Positions 7,466 to 13,043 of a stretch of 13,043 bases of DNA are shown one piece after another; position 1 is the first letter of the stretch, and each line of letters opens with the position of its first letter. Position numbers and translations under genes: made by a program. The notes below the pieces were generated by a model. That model saw only the letters and a program-made list of their open reading frames with translations. It was not told the origin of the DNA and searched no databases. This DNA is from a bacterium (lineage in GTDB: Bacteria; Cyanobacteriota; Vampirovibrionia; Gastranaerophilales; JBAXKC01). Where the stretch lies: positions 1 to 13,043 of the forward strand of contig JBAXKC010000053.1 in the NCBI GenBank assembly GCA_037137535.1, written 5' to 3'.

Positions 7466-8377
7466 ATGTCTTCTGAAATTTATTATAAATATCCTGTTTA
7501 TCGTCCTCCCGCTGAGGCTAATTCTTTGCTTATTCAGGCAACCGAGGGTTGTTCTCATAAATGTGCTTTTTGTATAGGAAATGAGGGTAAGAAGTTTTTA
7601 ATTCGTCCTGTCGAGTCAATAAAAAAAGATATATTTAATGCTTATCTGAATTATGGCGATAATGTAAGAAAAATGTTTTTATTAGACGGTAATGCTTTTA
7701 TTATGAAAGCAGAAAGCCTTGTTGAAATTGCCGAATATTCATACAGTATCCATAAAAATCTTAAAAGAATCGGCTTATATGCTCATGTTAAAGATATTTT
7801 ATTAAAAACTGATGAAGAGCTCAAAGCTATAAGCAACGCAGGAATAAAAATAGCTTATGTCGGTATAGAAACAGGCGATAACGAACTTCTAAATGAAATA
7901 AACAAGCAAGCAACTGCCGAAGAAATTATTGAAGCCTGTCATAAACTTTATCGTGCGGGTATAACCTTATCAGCGACAATTATAGCAGGGCTTGCAGGAA
8001 AAGACAAAGAACGTAGCATTCAGCATGCTAAAGAAACTGCAAAACTTATAAGTGCAATTAAGCCTGATCCTGTTCTTCCTTGGTATATTTCAATTTTAAC
8101 GCTTATGATTCCTAAAGGAACTGATATCTATAATTTACAAAGACAAGGCAAGTTCATTGCCATGGATAATATTGAAATATTAGAAGAAATAAGAGTTTTT
8201 CTTTCTAATCTTGATGACGGTTTAGAAAAATGTATTTTTAGAGCAAATCATGCTTCAAATTATCTTCCGCTTGAATCAAATAATCTTGCAAAAAATAAAG
8301 ATAAATTAATTGAAATGATAGATGTTGCGTTAAATAATCCGAGAATGCTTAAATCCGAATTTTTAAGAGGTTTATAA
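7466..8377 (+). CDS. Radical SAM protein of the YRPP.EA.SL..Q.T.GC family, function unknown, about 303 aa
   Basis: [4Fe-4S] motif CSHKCAFC (CX3CX2C), FLLDGNA, YVGIETG and FRANHASNYL. Start moved from 7289, which would overlap the divergent gene, to ATG 7466. Confidence 0.9.
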   Translation: MSSEIYYKYPVYRPPAEANSLLIQATEGCSHKCAFCIGNEGKKFLIRPVESIKKDIFNAYLNYGDNVRKMFLLDGNAFIMKAESLVEIAEYSYSIHKNLKRIGLYAHVKDILLKTDEELKAISNAGIKIAYVGIETGDNELLNEINKQATAEEIIEACHKLYRAGITLSATIIAGLAGKDKERSIQHAKETAKLISAIKPDPVLPWYISILTLMIPKGTDIYNLQRQGKFIAMDNIEILEEIRVFLSNLDDGLEKCIFRANHASNYLPLESNNLAKNKDKLIEMIDVALNNPRMLKSEFLRGL

Positions 8378-9742
8378 TTCTATAACTTTTATTTTTGTAT
8401 TGTTGCCGATTATAGCTATATGCTCTGCCGTAATTTCTTCCCCTGCAATTAATACAGGCACGCCAGGGGGGTATTTTACTATGCTTTCAGCAGAAACCAT
8501 ACCTTGTGCTTCGTTAATATCAATCTCTCTTGATTTAGCGTTAAAAGCCTCCTGTGGTGTCATGATTGTTTTTGGATTTAATAGTTGGGTTCTAAAATTA
8601 TTTACTTGATTTGTTTTAGGAAGTTTTTTTGCGGCTTTTAAAAGAGCGGCTTTTAATTGATTAAGCATTACTTTATCTGTGCCTATTCCTGTAATTGCAA
8701 GAATACCGCTATTATTGCTTAATTCAACTTCTACAGGAGTTTTATTCTGTAAATAATCATCTAAGTCATGACCGTTTACGCCTTTTAATTTTGCAAAAAT
8801 TCTTGTTGGATCAACTTTAAAGTTTTCGGTGTCTTCTAAAAATTCATATTCGCCCGTTTCTTCAAGCTCTGATTTTAAAAGTTTAATGTTTTTTATTAAT
8901 TCTTCTATTTTTAATTTTGCAGAAGGAGTTGTTAAATAGTTTATACAGCCTTCTATACTTGCAAGGATAGGATAAGACGGTGAGGTTGTATTTATTAGAT
9001 TTAAACTTTTTTGTATTGCTTCGGCTTGTATTTTTGATTCTTTAGAAAGGTGTAATAATGCACTAGGGGTCAATGAACAGGCTGTTTTATGCAATGATTG
9101 GACGCACACATCCGCACCGTTGAGAATTGATGATTCAGGGAATTGTTCTGAATAGTTCCAAAGAGCGCCATGTGCTTCGTCAACCGCTAATATAACATTT
9201 TTTTCTTTGCATATTTCAGCAATAGGTTTAATATCTATTATTATTCCGTAATAAGTCGGATTAGTAATGAAAACCATTTTTATATCAGGATTTGCTTCAA
9301 TCTGATTTTTTATTTCATTCGGGAATGTCGGCATGTCCCATTTACTGTCCCAATCCGTATTATACCAAACAGGATTTGCTCCTGTAAGAATAAGTGCGTT
9401 AATTACTGATTTATGGGCATTTCTTGCTATTAATACTTTGTCGCCACGTTTTAAGGTTGCAAGAAACAGGGCTAAAATTCCAGAAGAACTTCCGTTTATT
9501 AAATAAAAAGTATCTCTTGCCCCATAAACTTGTGCGGCATGTTGTTGTGATTTTAAAATTGTATTTTCAGGATTTTGAAGATTATCAAGCCCTTCGATTT
9601 CACTAAGATCCGCTAAAAATATATTTTTTCCTAAAAGGTTCTTAACAGAAGGCGGAGCTACTTTTCCTTGATGGTGACCGGGTGTTGTAAATAATGCTTT
9701 TCTTTTTCTGGAATATTTTTTTATAGCGTTTATTAAAAACAA
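8372..9742 (-). CDS. PLP-dependent ornithine/lysine/arginine decarboxylase (fold type I, without wing domain)
   Basis: F.TPGHHQG, DLSEIEGLDNL..P, YLINGSS, RNAHKS, TNPTYYG, VDEAHGA, PLP-lysine motif QSLHKT, TTSPSY and YPPGVP. TTG start preceded by GGGGG. Substrate cannot be assigned from sequence. Confidence 0.93.
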   Translation of the reverse strand: MFLINAIKKYSRKRKALFTTPGHHQGKVAPPSVKNLLGKNIFLADLSEIEGLDNLQNPENTILKSQQHAAQVYGARDTFYLINGSSSGILALFLATLKRGDKVLIARNAHKSVINALILTGANPVWYNTDWDSKWDMPTFPNEIKNQIEANPDIKMVFITNPTYYGIIIDIKPIAEICKEKNVILAVDEAHGALWNYSEQFPESSILNGADVCVQSLHKTACSLTPSALLHLSKESKIQAEAIQKSLNLINTTSPSYPILASIEGCINYLTTPSAKLKIEELIKNIKLLKSELEETGEYEFLEDTENFKVDPTRIFAKLKGVNGHDLDDYLQNKTPVEVELSNNSGILAITGIGTDKVMLNQLKAALLKAAKKLPKTNQVNNFRTQLLNPKTIMTPQEAFNAKSREIDINEAQGMVSAESIVKYPPGVPVLIAGEEITAEHIAIIGNNTKIKVIEL

Positions 9743-9876
9743 TTTTTGCCCCCGTTAAAAACTATTCTTTTAGAGATGTCTTTCAGTTTAGATTAATTTA
9801 ACCATACATCTAATAAACAAAGCATATTGCAATGATATTATTAAATCAATCTAAAATATATGAGGTTGTTAAGTAA

Positions 9877-10029
9877 ATGAATAAATTATTTGGTTATTTT
9901 GTTCTCTCTACGCTTTTTATAGTTATATTTATATCCTTAACAATACAATATTCTCCTAAATATGATTTTAATCTTTCTGACTTTGTAGGTATGAAAATTT
10001 CAAATCAACATTATGTATTTGGTCATTAG
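9877..10029 (+). CDS. Putative 50-aa single-pass membrane or exported peptide (below the ORF-track cut-off)
   Basis: GAGGT (9862-9866), ATG 9877, TAG 10027-10029. Translation MNKLFGYFVLSTLFIVIFISLTIQYSPKYDFNLSDFVGMKISNQHYVFGH has a basic N-terminus and a hydrophobic stretch of about 20 residues. Confidence 0.6.
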   Translation: MNKLFGYFVLSTLFIVIFISLTIQYSPKYDFNLSDFVGMKISNQHYVFGH

Positions 10030-10086
10030 TATTCTTTGCTTTTCTGAAAAAATTTTTTATAGTAGCATAAATCTTGTTAAATATAA

Positions 10087-12132
<2,046 letters not shown>

Positions 12133-12230
12133 TTCTATATCAATATATTTAATGGTTGTAATAAAAAATATAAATAAATCAACTTTTTGCAGTGTTTGTA
12201 AACAAGTGTAAATATGCTTGCATGTTCTCC

Positions 12231-12258
12231 TAAAGATATTCTTAGTCTATACCGATAA
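12231..12258 (+). promoter_or_regulatory. Candidate sigma28 (FliA/SigD-type) promoter
   Basis: TAAAG (12231-12235) and ACCGATAA (12251-12258), i.e. TAAA-N16-ACCGATAA against the consensus TAAA-N15/16-GCCGATAA. About 110 nt upstream of the 12370 ORF. Confidence 0.55.
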
Positions 12259-12369
12259 CTTTATTATGAGAAGCACAAACTGAAATTATCACTTTAATAT
12301 GTTATGACCTAAGATGTGATTTAAGAAAATTAAGTTAATTTAAAAATATAAAAGTGGAGGTCTCTAAGA

Positions 12370-12942
12370 ATGGCTGATAAAATTACTGACAAAGTAACTG
12401 TTTATGTTCCTACTACAACTACTAAAACTAATGCAACTACTACAGCCGATCAAGGAACATCCTCTACGACAAAGCAAATTAATCTGGATCCAAAAAACCA
12501 AATACCTGCAGGTGATATGCTTAATCTACTGGATACTAATTCTGCTTATAATAAAATTGATATCAATGTGAATCCAACTAAAACAGCGTATGATGTAGCT
12601 AGTGCTAATTATAGTAAAGCGATAGCAGATTTCAGTAAAACTTATCCCGGTTATACTTATACTGATATAAAGAATGCTGTCATAACTGGCTCTGGGTGTA
12701 AAATTTGGAAAAATGTAAATGGTAAGCAACAATTTATAGTATTAGGTAGAGAGCAGTACCTAAAGATGGAAGCTACGGCAAGCACAATTCGTTCTCTTGA
12801 AATTGATTTGGATAAGAAAAGACAACTTCTTAAACTTGCAGAAGCAAATAATAATGATAAGATGCAAATTTCTGATAGAAAAGCACAAATTCAGCAACAG
12901 GTTGATGAAAATATACAAAAATATTTTATGTATAGAGCCTAA
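12370..12942 (+). CDS. Hypothetical protein, 190 aa, with Thr-rich N-terminus and probable C-terminal coiled coil
   Basis: Strong RBS GGAGG (12356-12360) 9 nt before the ATG. No signal peptide, TM segment or recognised motif. Confidence 0.8.
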   Translation: MADKITDKVTVYVPTTTTKTNATTTADQGTSSTTKQINLDPKNQIPAGDMLNLLDTNSAYNKIDINVNPTKTAYDVASANYSKAIADFSKTYPGYTYTDIKNAVITGSGCKIWKNVNGKQQFIVLGREQYLKMEATASTIRSLEIDLDKKRQLLKLAEANNNDKMQISDRKAQIQQQVDENIQKYFMYRA

Positions 12943-12990
12943 CGTAGAAGTGAATTGTCTTATCAAATTGATTATAATGTAATAAAAGAT

Positions 12991-13043
12991 TGACATGCCC
13001 CCAAAAAATCCCCCTATTTAAAACTTAGTGACTCCTATGTAAA
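12991..13043. mobile_element. Possible terminal inverted repeat of an IS3-family element, truncated by the window end
   Basis: TGACATGCCCCCAAAAAATCCCCC begins abruptly in AT-rich DNA and resembles IS3-family ends (5'-TGA.C/ATGCCCC...). No transposase or partner repeat is in the window. Confidence 0.35.

Noticed and set aside
8400..9606. Plus-strand ORFs 8400-8609 and 9424-9606
   Set aside because: Antisense shadows of the decarboxylase.
12526..12996. ORFs 12526-12732 (-), 12760-12996 (-) and 12797-12982 (+)
   Set aside because: They overlap the 190-aa gene, which has the strong RBS, and have compositions typical of spurious AT-rich frames.
12973..13020. TATAAT (12973-12978) and TTGACA (12990-12995) as a sigma70 promoter
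   Set aside because: The boxes are in the wrong order, and neither has a well-spaced partner (TTGACA to TATTTA is 19 nt).

Overview
AT-rich bacterial chromosomal segment, mostly housekeeping. Order: intrinsic terminator; TPR + GT2 glycosyltransferase (+); bidirectional terminator; minCDE operon (-); 133-aa hypothetical (-); secreted Amidase_3 N-acetylmuramoyl-L-alanine amidase (+); YfiM/DUF2279-like exported protein and a small 2-TM protein (-); radical SAM enzyme (+); Orn/Lys/Arg decarboxylase (-); a 50-aa membrane-peptide ORF missing from the ORF track (+); NAD-dependent DNA ligase ligA (+); a 190-aa Thr-rich hypothetical behind a sigma28/FliA-like promoter (+); and a possible IS3-family end at the right edge. 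Cyanobacteria-like MinE and amidase in a very low-GC background suggest a non-photosynthetic cyanobacterial relative such as Melainabacteria/Gastranaerophilales (inference). I see no CRISPR array, defence island or complete mobile element, and cannot support a clearly new multi-gene system. The best leads are a QxxLF clamp-binding-like motif at the LigA N-terminus, the sigma28-like promoter with its signal-peptide-less orphan, the hidden small ORF, a 15-bp inverted repeat upstream of the decarboxylase and a palindrome just downstream of a candidate minCDE promoter.
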